Part shown: positions 1 to 12,710 of the stretch, in pieces
Numbering within the stretch: the first letter of the stretch is position 1
How the letters are laid out: each line of letters begins with the position of its first letter
Assembly (NCBI GenBank): GCA_973895155.1
Contig: OZ316898.1
Location: 1,337,827 to 1,401,826 of the forward strand
Direction: 5' to 3'
Length of the DNA stretch: 64,000 nucleotides
From: Marsupella aquatica
Taxonomy: Eukaryota; Plantae; Marchantiophyta
Notes under the pieces: generated by a model
What the model saw: only the letters and a program-made list of their open reading frames with translations
Database searches by the model: none
Told to the model about the DNA's origin: nothing
Position numbers and translations under genes: made by a program

Positions 1-240
1 CGAGCTAAATACTTCTGAATTTTTACATATTGGTTGTTTTGGTCCCTCTTCTACCTCGAGATCGTCTCGAGCTAAATACTTCTGAATTTTGACGTATTGG
101 TGTTTTTGTCCCTCTTCTACCTCGAGATCGTCTCGAGGTAGAAGAGCTTCTTATTTTCTCTATCACACAATTTTGTGGGATAAACTTCTACACTTGGGTT
201 TTTGTAGTCACTTTACCTCGAGATCATCTCGAGGTAACTA
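1..240. repeat. Tandem ~70-bp repeats carrying the near-palindrome CTCGAGATCGTCTCGAG (likely subterminal repeats of the transposon)
   Basis: The motif acctcgagatc(g/a)tctcgag occurs near 53, 119 and 215. cgagctaaatacttctgaattt occurs at 1 and 68. Confidence 0.7.
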
Positions 241-251
241 CATCCAACGGT

Positions 252-3200
252 TTGGGCCACGTTTTCAAAATGGGGAGTTTCTCTCGAGGGGACAAGGTGT
301 GCCTCGTAATCGACGGAGTGGAAGTTGCTTGTGGGACGGTCCTCAAGGTTGACCCGGGTGACTCAATGCGTAATGTTGATTTGGGAAGTAATCGTATAGG
401 AGTTCTCATTGAGAAGTGCTATGAGGGATCACGGGAAATTCCTTACCCTTTGCCGCCGATCAGGACCCTGTTTGATGTTGTCAACTCTTGCATTATTTGG
501 GATGCCTCTTTTGCATATTTGAAGTCACAGTCAACTCCAACGACAACGAAAATGGATGCCTCCTGTTCTACAAAGGATACGGTTCCGGGTTTTGTACCAG
601 AGAAATCGTCGGTGGAAAGTTTTGGAGACTCGATTGTATCTGGCGATGAAGTCGAGGTCTGGATCGGCAATCAGATTGTGGCTCGTGGATTTGTGTTCAA
701 GACGAATCCCGATGAGACATGTCACAATGAAAGACTTGGCACTTCTAGGATTAGTGTGAAAATATGTGAAGTTTTTCAAGGAAGGGAGAGGTTACCCTTT
801 CCTCACAATGGAGCCGATACCGTTCAGGAAGCATTGGATACTTTTGTATTGTGGAATTTAAAGGATGTTACTCGGAGGAGTTCTTCCCGGGATATGCTAA
901 ACAACCTGTCCAGACAGGATGTTTTTTCAAATTATAATTTCAAGGATTATAGTTTGCGTTCTAATTGGATGACCGAGGAGGTGGAATTGTATGCTGAGGA
1001 TAATCGGACCAAAGTGGGGGTTGGCATCATCACAGTTCCTTTCGAGTCAGGTGCAATTGATGATGATGTTCTTGGACCAGATCACATTGGGGTTGCTGTC
1101 ACACGCGTGATTGACCCTCTATTTTTCCCAAATATCTCCCCAGGAGTGCCTGGTCTTGTTAGGTGGGCCGTCCGTTCACTTTTGCTGATATCAAGGGGTA
1201 TTTTTCTTCTGGATCTCATTGAAGAGGTTTCTCCGAAACCAATTATTGATGGTCGAGATCATCTAGAGGTAGATATGAAAGGTGACACTGAGTTTTTGAA
1301 GCGCCCGTATAATTTCATCAAGAGAACGAAGGTCAACCCAGATGAAAAAAGGAAGAAGCACTTGGAGTCTCGGGCGATACTGAAAATCACAGAGGAGGAA
1401 ATCGACTCCATCCAAAGAGAAGGTTGTTGTAAGTTGAAGTGTTGCCTCAGCATGCCGAGAGAAGACCTACAGGAGATAAGGAGAGAATACCATGGGATGT
1501 CAAGTGACAACAAAACCAGTCACATTCTCACTCTTTTTGGCTGTAGGGAGAAGGAAGTGGAGACAAAAGGATATTTTGTTGTAAGAAGTAGACTTGTTTG
1601 CAAGGGTGCATTTAGTAAAATGCATGGATTCAGCACTGCCAAGTATTATGATTACAAAAATCAATATGAAGCAGGTTGCACGGTTGGATTCCACGGAAAC
1701 AAGGGTTCACACAAGACACGGGGAAGCACCTTGCATGCTTGTGCTTTGTTGGAGTCCATTCTAACCCAAAACGGAGAACCCATGCCACATCTTCCCTATG
1801 GAGGGTCTCACGGGACTGACACGGTTGAGTACAGACTTCCATCTTGTTTCACGAAGAAAGAGATTTTTGAGGAGGTATACTCAAAAATGGAATTAGATGG
1901 CTACGTGAAGGTGAGTGAAAACACTATGTATAAACTCTGGAGTGAGTCCTTCATGAATTTTGACTTTCACAAGGGAAGTGCATTTGCAAAGTGTACACTT
2001 TGCACTGAGTTCAAAGATCAGTTGATGCGGGAGAAGAGAAAGAAAGAGCGTTTAGAGATTGAGGAAAGAAGAGCTCGCCATCTTCGTGAGCAAATGTCTA
2101 GGAGATATGTTTACTATGCTCATAGGGTTCTTGCGAAGAAGGATCCTGAGAACTATCTTTGCATTATACATGACAAGATGGACCAGGCCAAGACATGGAT
2201 CCCTAGGTTGGTCCCCACTCCTAAATCATTGTCTGGTAGTGGTCAACCGCTCCCCATTGCGCTCACTGGGATGTTGACCCATGGAAGGGATCCCGGAGTG
2301 TATGCTCACTTCAGTTTTACTGGGCTTTGGCCAGGAGATGCAGACTTCACAGTGACATCATTGACCAAGTGCCTTAGAGATCTGGAGGATTACAAGGGGG
2401 ACAAATCTGGAGACCTCCTTGAAGGATTATATTGGGCTGCAACGAGGCCAATTTTTCAATCTCTTTTGGACTTTGAAGCATTTCTCGCAGGTTACTTAGA
2501 ACCCAAAAAAGTCTCAATTGCTAGATTTCAAGGAGCTGAAGATGACCAAGACGACTTTGGTGTTGATCCCAAGGCTACGTCTACCTCTTTCAAACCATTG
2601 CCAAGGCACCTGACCTTGCAAATGGATAATTCAGGGAAAGATAACAAAAACCAGTACGTGATGGCATTTTGCAGTGAGCTTGTTAGTAGAGGGGTTTTTG
2701 AAACAGTGCAGATGTCGTTTCTCATGGTTGGTCACACCCATGAGGATGTCGATGCATTGTTTTCAAAAGTATCCAACCAAGTGAAGTACAAGGAGGTTTC
2801 TACCCTCTTGGGGTTGATGGCTGAGGTTTGGGAGTGTGAAAGCATTCATCCTGTGCCACGGTTGATCCAAGAGGTTGCAGCTTACAAAGAGTTTTTGAAA
2901 AATTTCAAGGTAAAAGACATAGAGGGTCACTCAAAACCAGTGGCATTTCTTTTCTCTATGAGAGATAATGTTCCAATATATCAATACAAAGCACATGTGA
3001 AACAACCTTGGTACCCTCCAACCGGAAGGTCCATTTGGAGAACTGATTCCAGCACCAATGCTCTCATTTTACCAGAAGGTCAACCGTTTGCAAAACCCAT
3101 CTCCGGGGATGTACGAGGCAAGGTTGAAGAAATCATCCCATTCCTTAATCGTTACATTGAGTTTTTGAAGAAGAGCTGTAAGGATGAGACCTCTACAGCA

Positions 3201-3959
3201 TATCGTGAGCGGTTTCCTTTGGTGAAATATTGGGAGATGGTGGTGCAAGTATTATCTGGGGAGCTTACAATTGAAGGGGAGGCAGAAATACAGTTAGCAT
3301 TGACATATGAATTCTGGCCAAAAACCAACCACGGAACTGGTTACAAGGTTAATAGTACAGGAACCTCTGAACCATTGGGGGAGCCTAGTAGTAGTACACA
3401 GAATCCACAAATGGTGGAGCTTCAGAATGAGTACCTGGAAGAGATGGAGGATCAAGCTGCAACATTTGTTGGTGCTCGACACGAGCGAGAACTTGCACGT
3501 TGGATTCCTCTGCAGGACATTCAAGAGGGTCACTTTGTATTTCTCCGTCCAGAGGATAAATGGGAAAAGAAGAATGGGAAAGAACGTTTCTGGTTGGTGA
3601 GAGCTTTGGGTGTTGTGGACCCAAACCATGAGGTTCCTTCAGAAGACTTGCAATGCAATGAGAATTCTCCTACTAGTACACGGTATGCTCCTATGTTCCA
3701 AGTGCAATGGTGGAGGCCTAAACATGTTAAGCATGATGCACCGGATCATATGCGATATTCACGTTGCTTTCAGACCACTAAGACTTGGGAGGTGGATCCT
3801 GGGTTTGACAGTGCCACTGAACGTTGGCAATTTGCTAATTCTGCTATGTATGGATTCAAGTCACGCTCTAGAGAAGAAAATATAATTGATAGAGGTTTGA
3901 CCATTCCCAAGAATGTTTTGAAAACACTCAAAACCTACATGGAAGGGATTGTTGAGTAA
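252..3959 (+). CDS. Intact DDE/DDD-type transposase (DUF7869 / Sola-like) with three N-terminal En/Spm Tnp1-like repeats
   Basis: Uninterrupted 1235-aa ORF. Cys/His motifs CKGAFSKMHG and FAKCTLC. Acidic core motifs IIHDKMDQ, LQMDNSGKDNKN and FLMVGHTHEDVDALFS. N-terminus has three copies of a VAxGxV...P...LG..RIxV.I...LPxP...W unit. Confidence 0.8.
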   Translation: MGHVFKMGSFSRGDKVCLVIDGVEVACGTVLKVDPGDSMRNVDLGSNRIGVLIEKCYEGSREIPYPLPPIRTLFDVVNSCIIWDASFAYLKSQSTPTTTKMDASCSTKDTVPGFVPEKSSVESFGDSIVSGDEVEVWIGNQIVARGFVFKTNPDETCHNERLGTSRISVKICEVFQGRERLPFPHNGADTVQEALDTFVLWNLKDVTRRSSSRDMLNNLSRQDVFSNYNFKDYSLRSNWMTEEVELYAEDNRTKVGVGIITVPFESGAIDDDVLGPDHIGVAVTRVIDPLFFPNISPGVPGLVRWAVRSLLLISRGIFLLDLIEEVSPKPIIDGRDHLEVDMKGDTEFLKRPYNFIKRTKVNPDEKRKKHLESRAILKITEEEIDSIQREGCCKLKCCLSMPREDLQEIRREYHGMSSDNKTSHILTLFGCREKEVETKGYFVVRSRLVCKGAFSKMHGFSTAKYYDYKNQYEAGCTVGFHGNKGSHKTRGSTLHACALLESILTQNGEPMPHLPYGGSHGTDTVEYRLPSCFTKKEIFEEVYSKMELDGYVKVSENTMYKLWSESFMNFDFHKGSAFAKCTLCTEFKDQLMREKRKKERLEIEERRARHLREQMSRRYVYYAHRVLAKKDPENYLCIIHDKMDQAKTWIPRLVPTPKSLSGSGQPLPIALTGMLTHGRDPGVYAHFSFTGLWPGDADFTVTSLTKCLRDLEDYKGDKSGDLLEGLYWAATRPIFQSLLDFEAFLAGYLEPKKVSIARFQGAEDDQDDFGVDPKATSTSFKPLPRHLTLQMDNSGKDNKNQYVMAFCSELVSRGVFETVQMSFLMVGHTHEDVDALFSKVSNQVKYKEVSTLLGLMAEVWECESIHPVPRLIQEVAAYKEFLKNFKVKDIEGHSKPVAFLFSMRDNVPIYQYKAHVKQPWYPPTGRSIWRTDSSTNALILPEGQPFAKPISGDVRGKVEEIIPFLNRYIEFLKKSCKDETSTAYRERFPLVKYWEMVVQVLSGELTIEGEAEIQLALTYEFWPKTNHGTGYKVNSTGTSEPLGEPSSSTQNPQMVELQNEYLEEMEDQAATFVGARHERELARWIPLQDIQEGHFVFLRPEDKWEKKNGKERFWLVRALGVVDPNHEVPSEDLQCNENSPTSTRYAPMFQVQWWRPKHVKHDAPDHMRYSRCFQTTKTWEVDPGFDSATERWQFANSAMYGFKSRSREENIIDRGLTIPKNVLKTLKTYMEGIVE

Positions 3960-3984
3960 GTCAAATGTTTTTTAGTAGTCACTC

Positions 3985-4750
3985 TGTCAGAGTGAGGGAG
4001 TCTAGTATGTCAATTAGTTTGGAATTAGACATGTCAGAGTGAGGGAGTCTATGTCAATTAGTTTGGAATCAGACATGTCTTTAGTACTTACTGAGTGTTG
4101 GTTAGTACTAAGTACTAGTATATCTATTTAAGGAACTAATTATTATAATATTTTGGGATACTAGTTTGAATAGGTGGAGGTAATTGGACTTGGATACCTT
4201 TATAATTGCTTCAATTAATTATTATATCAATACAGACTATATATTACATGAAGTCTTAATATCCATGATAGGATGTGAGTGCCTCTTAGTACTGTCTAGT
4301 AAACCTTAGTTTCAACTCGAGTTGCTTAGAATGTACTAACAAATTACTTGTTTGAATGGATATTTAAACTAAACCCTAAGTAGAAGGTTAATTTAGCTAG
4401 CTAAGGGTAGAGATCATATTGAAGCTTTACTAGTTATATGGGTAGAGATCATATTATTTGAAGCTTTACTAGTTATATGGGTAGAGATCATATTGAAGCT
4501 TTACTAGACACTTATATTCTATTAGTCAAATTGAATCAATGTAAATAAATTCTACTTCTTATCCAACATATTTTACATTATTATCACCCAAATGTTTTTC
4601 TTTAGAATCCAAATTAATATTTCATTTTCTCCTATGTACAATCTTGATCCCCCAAATGTACAACATCTGGTGCCCAAATGTACAACTCCCACTGCCCAAA
4701 TGTACAATTCTTGTGCCCAAATATATATTTTTTGGTGCCTAAATGTCCAA
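3985..4750. repeat. Short tandem repeats downstream of the transposase
   Basis: gtcagagtgagggagtct...tgtcaattagtttggaat x2; gggtagagatcatatt...gaagctttactag x3; cccaaatgtacaa and variants x4-5. Confidence 0.65.
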
Positions 4751-7700
4751 AGATCAAAGAATTTTCCAGTTTTAATGAATAGACTGATTTGTGCCTTGCC
4801 CTCGACCACTGCCTCCAGCACATGGAGACGGGGAGGAGAGAAGGGGAGAGGAGGCAGAAAAAGGGGTAAATGGCATGACCCCGGGACAACCCTGTTTGGA
4901 CACAATGTAGCTGGCAACCCACCTTGCACAGTGTTGCCCCTGCACACTTGCCCTCCCAAACAACATCACTTTTATAATAACAGCATTAACCAAATTGATG
5001 ACATTGCTGCATGGTCAACAACCATGCACCCAACCAAAATGACACTTTTGCAACCACATTCATTTGAACATGACTACATAGATGACATGGCTGGAATGAC
5101 AACACTTTTGCAATAATCATACAACCCCAATGACAACCCAATTGAAACTGCAATTGACTTTCATAACCATGACACAATCACAGTGACAGCCATACTAGTA
5201 GCACAACATTGTTGCAATGATAACTCAGTCTGCAATGCATGGCAGGGAGCTCAAAGTATGCCTTGTCCCACAACACTCTTTTCCTCAATAATTTCCACCA
5301 GAACATCTTTTTGCAAAGACATCTTGAAGGCAATGATATCATTAATGCCTCCTCTCATGCAATGCCACCTTTTACATAATGACCACTTTTACAAGAGATA
5401 TCCGTAATGGACCTCCAAATGAAACTTCCTTACTTAACCAACCAGAACATGCATCTTTTTGTCCAGTGTAAATTGGGACCCATCACAGACCTGTACCATT
5501 TCAAGTCACTTAATCTTCTAACGGAATTTGCAGTCCTTAAAGCACAAGAATGTCACTATAAAATGCAGCATGTTCTACTATTCTTTGGTGTCACCGAATG
5601 CGATCGACTACGACCATAGTGTCGAATGAGCTAATTCATTGACATTGTACACATTGATACCAATGCATACACATCCCACAGTGTCAAATGAACCATTCGC
5701 CGTGTGACTGGGCACGACACTGGGGCACGGCACAGAGCATCGCAGTTAGATCTTGTATACGTTGACAAAATGTATGGACAGATCTCAGTGTCAAATGAAC
5801 CAGGCGTCGTGCAAACACAATACAATACAGAGCGCTGTAGTGAGATTTTGTACACACAGACATCAATGTGTACAACATGTATTAGATATGTCAGAGGACT
5901 TAGGGTTTAGTATAAACCGGAGAACACACGCATAAAATCAAAAATGATATGCATTTATTTTGATTTGTTTTCTAACTAAGTGTGAACTGTGCATACAACA
6001 TGCATCATGTTTACATCACAATCTAACTTCTATGTTGAATATGCCATGGTTTTGTCCATTTAAGCAGGCTCAAAGTCAAGTGTCTTTGTGAATTTGGGGG
6101 CATGATTATTTTTTCTTGCTATGAACATTGAATACAATGTGTACCTTGCACCCCGGAGACACATGGTTCTCTTTTCAACATTGCATGCATGGCTGGTGTA
6201 TCTTGAATAACTAGAGCTGCAATGTATTCTAAAAAGCTGAGAGGCCAGAGCACGATGGTGTAGGCTTGCTTTGATGCTGCTGCAAGCCCCTTAGTTAATA
6301 GATTTGTAGTTATAATACAATAACCTTATTGTATCTAACCAAACTAGGAAGCCCGGTGCTTCATTGCGGCCAGGGCCACGGTGCTTACGTGATCTATGCG
6401 CTGCATAGTTATCATTGGCATTACTACACATGCCCATCCACGGTATCCTACGGCTACATAGTAAGCTTGAATTGTGTGGTGAACCCTTTCACAAGAACAT
6501 TGTTGTATCAAGTGAACATTGTTGTATCGAGGTCCAGACACTGGGAGGGAATCTGCATATTTGGGTCCATTGGGCAAAATTCTGCATATTTGGGTCCAGT
6601 TAGTAAAAAATTGTGTTTGGAGGTCCATTAAGTATATCTCTCCCACTTTTACAAACAAAATGTTTTCTGAGTTCTTTTATGCAATAATATCTTTGTGTGC
6701 AACACACAAATATAAAGCTAGTTCCTTTATAGGCACCAGGGAAAATCACTAAGGGCATTAGAGCAGAAAGTACCCAACAAAACACTCTTTTAAAATGATT
6801 GGTGTGTGTTGTTTATCGAAGTATCTTATCATGTGTTATGGATTATAGGAATTTCAGTTTCGCTCAATCATGATGTGGACATAATTACGGTGAGAACTGT
6901 GGTCGTTAAAAGTCATCATTCATTCCACAATCCACAGTTCCACACCCACCACTTGCCCGGTTTAAGAAGTCCTTCTGATGAGGCTTGGAAAATGGTCATC
7001 ACTCCCTTGGCAACCTGACTTGAAGATCTAGTGCATCTTTGCACATGGGCTAATGTGTACTTGCGGCAGAAATTCTACGGCTGTTAAAACCACAGCTGGC
7101 ATAAAGGTAGTTTTTAAGATCTAGTACAGATAATTCCCTGAGGTTGCTGTAGGTGATTCCATAGTAGGGCTTTTGTTTCTCTGTTGCTGTACAGGACTCT
7201 TGGACTTTTTGGCTCTTGGCCTTCAAAGAGGGTTTGTGCTATTGGGTCTATTCTCCCCATATCCTGTGGGATTTGGCTCTTGTTGTTCTGGGCCTATACC
7301 TCTTGGTTTGGCGTTTTTTGTTCGTTGGCATCGTAATGTACTAATTTAGCACTGCTCCGGGTTTAACGCTCTTTATGCTTTGGCATTTTTGATTCATTAT
7401 CGCTGGAATTAGTCGAATGGGAACGAAGTTCCTTGTCTTTCTCTCAGTGTAGCATGTGAGCTAGACGGACGCAGAGCTCGAATGGAACGAAGTCCCTTGT
7501 CTTCTTCTCTGTGAAGCATGTGCGCGAGAGTGAATTGCGACAGAAAAAACTGAGATCTGATTTACTCTTCCACATGCATGATTCGCCTCTTTCAATCATA
7601 ACGACACTGTAGTTTGCTAGCTGAGGATCTCTACAGTTCTATCCTGTGGCAACGAACAGTTGCCACTCGCCAGCCGTCCACACCGCGATCCATGAGCAGT

Positions 7701-9849
7701 GGCGACCGACACAGCCGTGCTGCGGTGCTGGGGACGGAGAGGATAGGACTTGAGTAGGACTGGAGTCCAGGCATGCCACCGTCCTACTTTTTTAACAAAA
7801 ACAAAACGGTTGAGAAAGCGGAAGCGGCATGCAAGTTTCTTTTCGGTTCATGATCAGCTAGCTCAGCCCGGGGCTCAGCTGAAATTTAGATGCGAATTGG
7901 CAAACTGGATTTCGGTGCGCGAAGAGGATGCAAGTTCACGGCACATGCGTTAACCTCAGAGCCCCAGTTGTCAGATTCCTCCCGTCGATATTTCTTCTCT
8001 AGCGGGACTGTGGTACTTTTGTTCCTAATAATCTCTTGAAACAAACTTGAACTCCAAACGAAACGAAAGCGAGCGAACGATAATTCACTACACATCTGTC
8101 ACAGACCCCATTTGTCATTCGCTTGTGCGTCAAGTTCTCTGCCCTTTGACATTTCTGTCGATAAATTTCGGCGAAATCGCTGCTTTGGGGACAAAATTAA
8201 TGAGATTCTCGAGCTTACCAGGCTTTTCAATTGACTAGTGAGGTAGGGTTGCTAGTGTGGTCCCATATATACAGTGGGTCCGTGATAAAAGGGAAACACT
8301 CTATAGTCTAACAGTAGTGCAGTCTCTAAACGCCATTCTGGAGGACTCTCTGGTTTTTGGCTAAATTAATGGCCTTCCTGGGATTTGTGGTTGTTTTCTC
8401 CAATGTATTAGGTCCCTGCCTTTGGAATTCTATCTCCAGGTTTTACTCTTTCTGCTCTTTGGTGGTGTGACAGATATTTCCTTTCCACTTTGACACAACT
8501 AGATTGTGCAACAATTATAATCTGAAGGAGATACACTTCTCAAATCAGGACCGTCAACATCCTAGGCAAATGCAGTGTTCACTCCCTGGGGCGCTTAGAG
8601 TGTTTTGAGCTTGGATTGACAAGGGATTGCAATCCACCAAGCTTTGGAGCAAATTTCATGCTATATTGATGTAATGATGTACCTGAAACAATTGAAGCGA
8701 GATGTTGCTCTCATAGTGATTTGGAGTGTGCGAGGGTGGCTTTACAAGACTGGGGGGTCATTATTTCTTTTTATTCCCTCTCAGATTAAATCCAAATATA
8801 TGATAATTAGAAACTGTTACAGTTAGCTTTACAAGCACTCAGGGATCCAATCAGGTATGTTGTGTACAAACCCTACATGGCAAGGAGTGGGCCCAAGTAA
8901 ATATTGATGTGTCCAAGTGCTGATTTTGCCTATAATTTTACACCTTGGCTAGAACATTTTCAAATTTTGGCCCCTTCATTCAAAGGATTTGCATCTAGTG
9001 AACTACATTCCAAAAGATTCATGGTCCACATTCTATGTTTAGAACAAGACCCTCCAGTTTGCTTTGGGAAAAAGTCACGAACCAGCCTTATCCTCTAGTA
9101 GTGAAATATTGAATCTTGATCAGGTATGGACTGATGTGATCTACCCCAAATTGGCTGTATTCCCAGTTGCCACACTCGGGGGTTTCACTTCCACAAAAAT
9201 GGTATATCACGTGCGACGAAGGATAGGGTCATTTTATTGGTTGTAAGGGAAGACTTAAGAATTTTTGTAAAAGAACAATAGGGTCTTTTAAATTCAATTT
9301 TGAGACTTATAAGAACATTAGAGCCTTTGTAATCCAATTTTTGGAATATTCCAAAAATATTCTAACTTTATATGGGTTAAAAAATAATATTTTTTTCTTA
9401 CATTTTAGGGGATCCAAGGTCTAAAAACGTCGCAGGTGATGGGGAGGTCCCCATGTAGTGAGACCCCCGAGTTGCCACAGAAAACTATAGCTGTTTGAGC
9501 CGGGTGGAGATCAGGAGCCAAGTGGGTAACTAGGAATTCTCATTGGTTCCTCCCCTCATCAATTTAGGACTAGCTGCATGTCAAAAACCAGAGGAGGGTG
9601 GCTTTCACCTGACCTAATTCAGAGAGCCCACTTTGGGTGCAATTTAGCCCTTCAACCAATGTCAAATGATTGCTAGTCAGGGAATCAAGTCATGTGACAC
9701 TGTGAAATTTAGTTTGGGACATAGTTGAATATCTGAGCTGGTAATTGCTAGTTAGGGAATAGAGTCATGGGATTGGGACACTGTGAAATTTGGTTTTGAA
9801 CATAGTTGAATATCTGAGAGCTGGATTGCAATCTACAGTAGTGAATATC

Positions 9850-10600
9850 TAGTAAGCTGTCTAAGATGACAAGTAGGTTTATGTTGCAAGGTGAAGGATG
9901 ATATAAGGCTGGCTTTACACAACAAGCAGGGCAATCTGGTCATTTTTTGCCTCCAGATCAAACACGTACCAGTCAAGGAGATTGGTGGTAGACTCAAAAA
10001 TTCCTGGTTTGCTTGAGATACAAATCTGTTGAGTCAATTGAGGTTGACATCAGTCCCCACCCCAGTCCAGCTAGGACTGGGGGGTCTCAAACACGGAAGT
10101 GCCTTGCTGGTCATGTCATGCCAACTGCATCCAATTGCTCCATTTATCAGTGCTGAATTGCTGTGGTTTTTTCACCACTAAGAATGCGCAAAGTGCTCCT
10201 GCACTAGTTTATGTTACAAAGAAGCTCTAAGTAGAGCCATCTTGAATGCAAAGTTGGGTGCAAAGTCAGGCCTAATCATCAGGGTGGAACAATCAACATG
10301 TGTGTTCCCCTTTCTGTTGTCACAGCCTTCTGTAGACAGCGGGTTTTGCTTCCCTGAAGAGAACCCAGGTGCTTACCAGTATTCTTGGGGGGTGCATGCA
10401 GCAGTTGGATTTAGGACCTCTAGTCAGCTTCCTCTTCTGGACCTTTCAATTGGTTTATCTAGCCTGGAGCTTTACAAGACTTTTTGATTTGCCAATAAGT
10501 GGGGTTGTAGGTTTTTGGTTTAGGTTTTCCCTCTTCATTGGGTTTTCTGGACTTTGAGATCATGTGGTATGGCACCTCTTGTTTTCTAGTAATTGTGTGA
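9850..10600 (+). mobile_element. Degenerate LINE (L1-like) 3' remnant
   Basis: Broken coding-like sequence with a GLGG-like motif (ggactggggggtctc), followed by a T-rich 3'UTR-like tail. No intact ORF. Confidence 0.3.
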
Positions 10601-12112
10601 ATAACGTCATGATAACACATGGTAGTGTATATATATCATGATAACACCCTGAATGATGGTTATGCTCTTCATCGTTTTCTTTGTATTTGTCTTGCTCTCA
10701 ATGGTGATGCTTGAGGGCCAGGCTGGCTCGTCTTCCCAGTCACGATGATAATGTGAGACAAACAAACTTGACAAAACTTACAACAATATCCTTTTATGAT
10801 GGTTCGGGCTGACCTTACATTCGCTGCGAGCACAAATACAACAAAAACCGACTAAGAGATATTTTGATGTACATATGGGAAAAAACAAGAGACGTTTAGT
10901 CGGTTGTGAAACCTATTGCTGGACTTTAGGTTCCTTTGACCCTTTTGGAGGTTCCTAGCCTATGTGAATGATTGCCATGTATCACAGTGCAAAAGAACAA
11001 AAGCTAACGAACCCAGAGGGCCAGACACACAACAAAGAGGGGATTGTTGATTGGGTGAAACATTGTACTTTGCTTCCTTGGAGCCAATGAATTCTGACAC
11101 AATCTAAACAGGCCACCATTTGCAGGGAGAACTAGGTTCTTTTCAGCTTTTTCCAAAATGAGCCTACACCCAGTTCAAAGAGTACAGTAGCTATGAGGGA
11201 AAAGCATTTCATTGGCCTAGAATAGTGGAATCTGTAGGGCATATATCTGAACTCCCCACAAAAAGCGACTAGAACTCTTTTTGGCCAGGAGTGGGAAAAT
11301 GAGAAGCAAACACTAGGGAGTCTCAAAGCTTCACGGACCTTAACTTAGTAGTTGAGATTAGGGACAGAAAGAGCTATGAACTACCAAATTCAGATCCCAT
11401 AAATTTCGCTATTGGTAGTATGCCATGACCATAAGCCACTGTTTATAGCCAAAGTCATAGTTAGCATCTTTGAACTTTGAGACACCCTATTGTTTCTTTT
11501 GGTCCCTTAATTTTATGTTTGTATTGAAGAATTCCATCCTAAGTTCAGTTCTGTCTCGCACTGATAAAGGAGACAAGAGCTCCGTCAGGAGCTTAGATTA
11601 CTCATCGACTTCGAATGACAGTCAATTTCTACGTTGTAGGTTTGCAAAAAGGCTCACTAGTCCTTCGTGGCATGGGGGTTTGGCTGGTCTCACTGTTGTC
11701 TTCACTGCCTCCTAAATTTGCGGAAATTTCCTTCATTCACTATGCTCCGCTCCCTACATTCACATTGCGTCCACACCACACCTTTTTGGTGCAATCATGA
11801 GAAGATTTGTCAGACCTTTTCCCAGTAGATATTATCCTTCTTTCATGACTTCGTGGGTGCTCCCCAATTCATACAGTTTAGATAATATCCATTGCAACCT
11901 CATCGCCAGACTTTATCCTCATAGTCATGAAGGGACGCTCATCCAAGACGTCCAACGTTTGTCTTGTAGTGATCCATTAATCATCTACAATATCTTAGAA
12001 AGGAAAATTTTAATTCTTAAGTAATTATGGCTTGAAAAGGGTACGCCGATTGCGTGGGTGCAGCAAGACAAACTTAAAAGTCAGTCTTGTCGTGTATCAC
12101 TTGTCCTTCTGC

Positions 12113-12710
12113 TATATTGTCCCTTGTGCTATCATTATAAAATCTAATATTCGAAATAAAGTACTATTAAAATTTAAATATAACATATATGTTAATATGT
12201 ACATTGTTCACCATAATTAGTGTTATGCAAGAAAAAGTGTTAGTACAAAATTAGTGTTATTTTGATAAAAATGATTTTGAGTTCAAATAACACTAATTTT
12301 TGTCAAAACAAAATTTTGTCAGTTTAATTTAAATTTCTTGTAAAAAATGGATGATCTCTAGGTCCAAAGTAACACTAATTATTGTGGATTTTTTTAAATA
12401 GTTTTTTTCTTTGTATTTTTCCACTTTTAAGACCATAGTAACACTAATTCATGTGCGCAAAAATAGTGTTAGCACAAAATTAGTGTGACTAACACTAATT
12501 CGCGAGTAGACCCTGAAAATGGGCGCTCTTGAATTAGTGTTAGTCACACTAATTACGGTGAACAGTGTAGATACATTCCTATCTCTATGAATATTTTGTC
12601 CCTTGTGCTATCATTATAAAATCTAATATTTAAAATAAAGTACTATTAAAATTTAAATACAACGTATACATTAATACGTAGATACATTCCTGTCTCTATG
12701 AATATTTTTG
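12113..12710. repeat. Tandem duplication (~110 bp unit); the first copy is interrupted by the MITE
   Basis: ttgtcccttgtgctatcattataaaatctaatatt...gtagatacattcct.tctctatgaatatttt occurs twice. Confidence 0.85.
12202..12567. mobile_element. Tc1/mariner-type (Stowaway-like) MITE with TA TSD
   Basis: TIRs CATTGTTCACCATAATTAGTG / CACTAATTACGGTGAACAGTG (19/21 match), flanked by TA at 12200-12201 and 12568-12569. Internal aattagtgtt / aacactaatt repeats. An empty site is present in the adjacent duplicate. Confidence 0.9.

Noticed and set aside
4573-6800. Cluster of short ORFs, including 174 aa at 4592-5116
   Set aside because: Low-complexity, repeat-derived translations with non-ATG starts and no recognisable domain. 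It may be TE debris, and I could not define the transposon's right end here.
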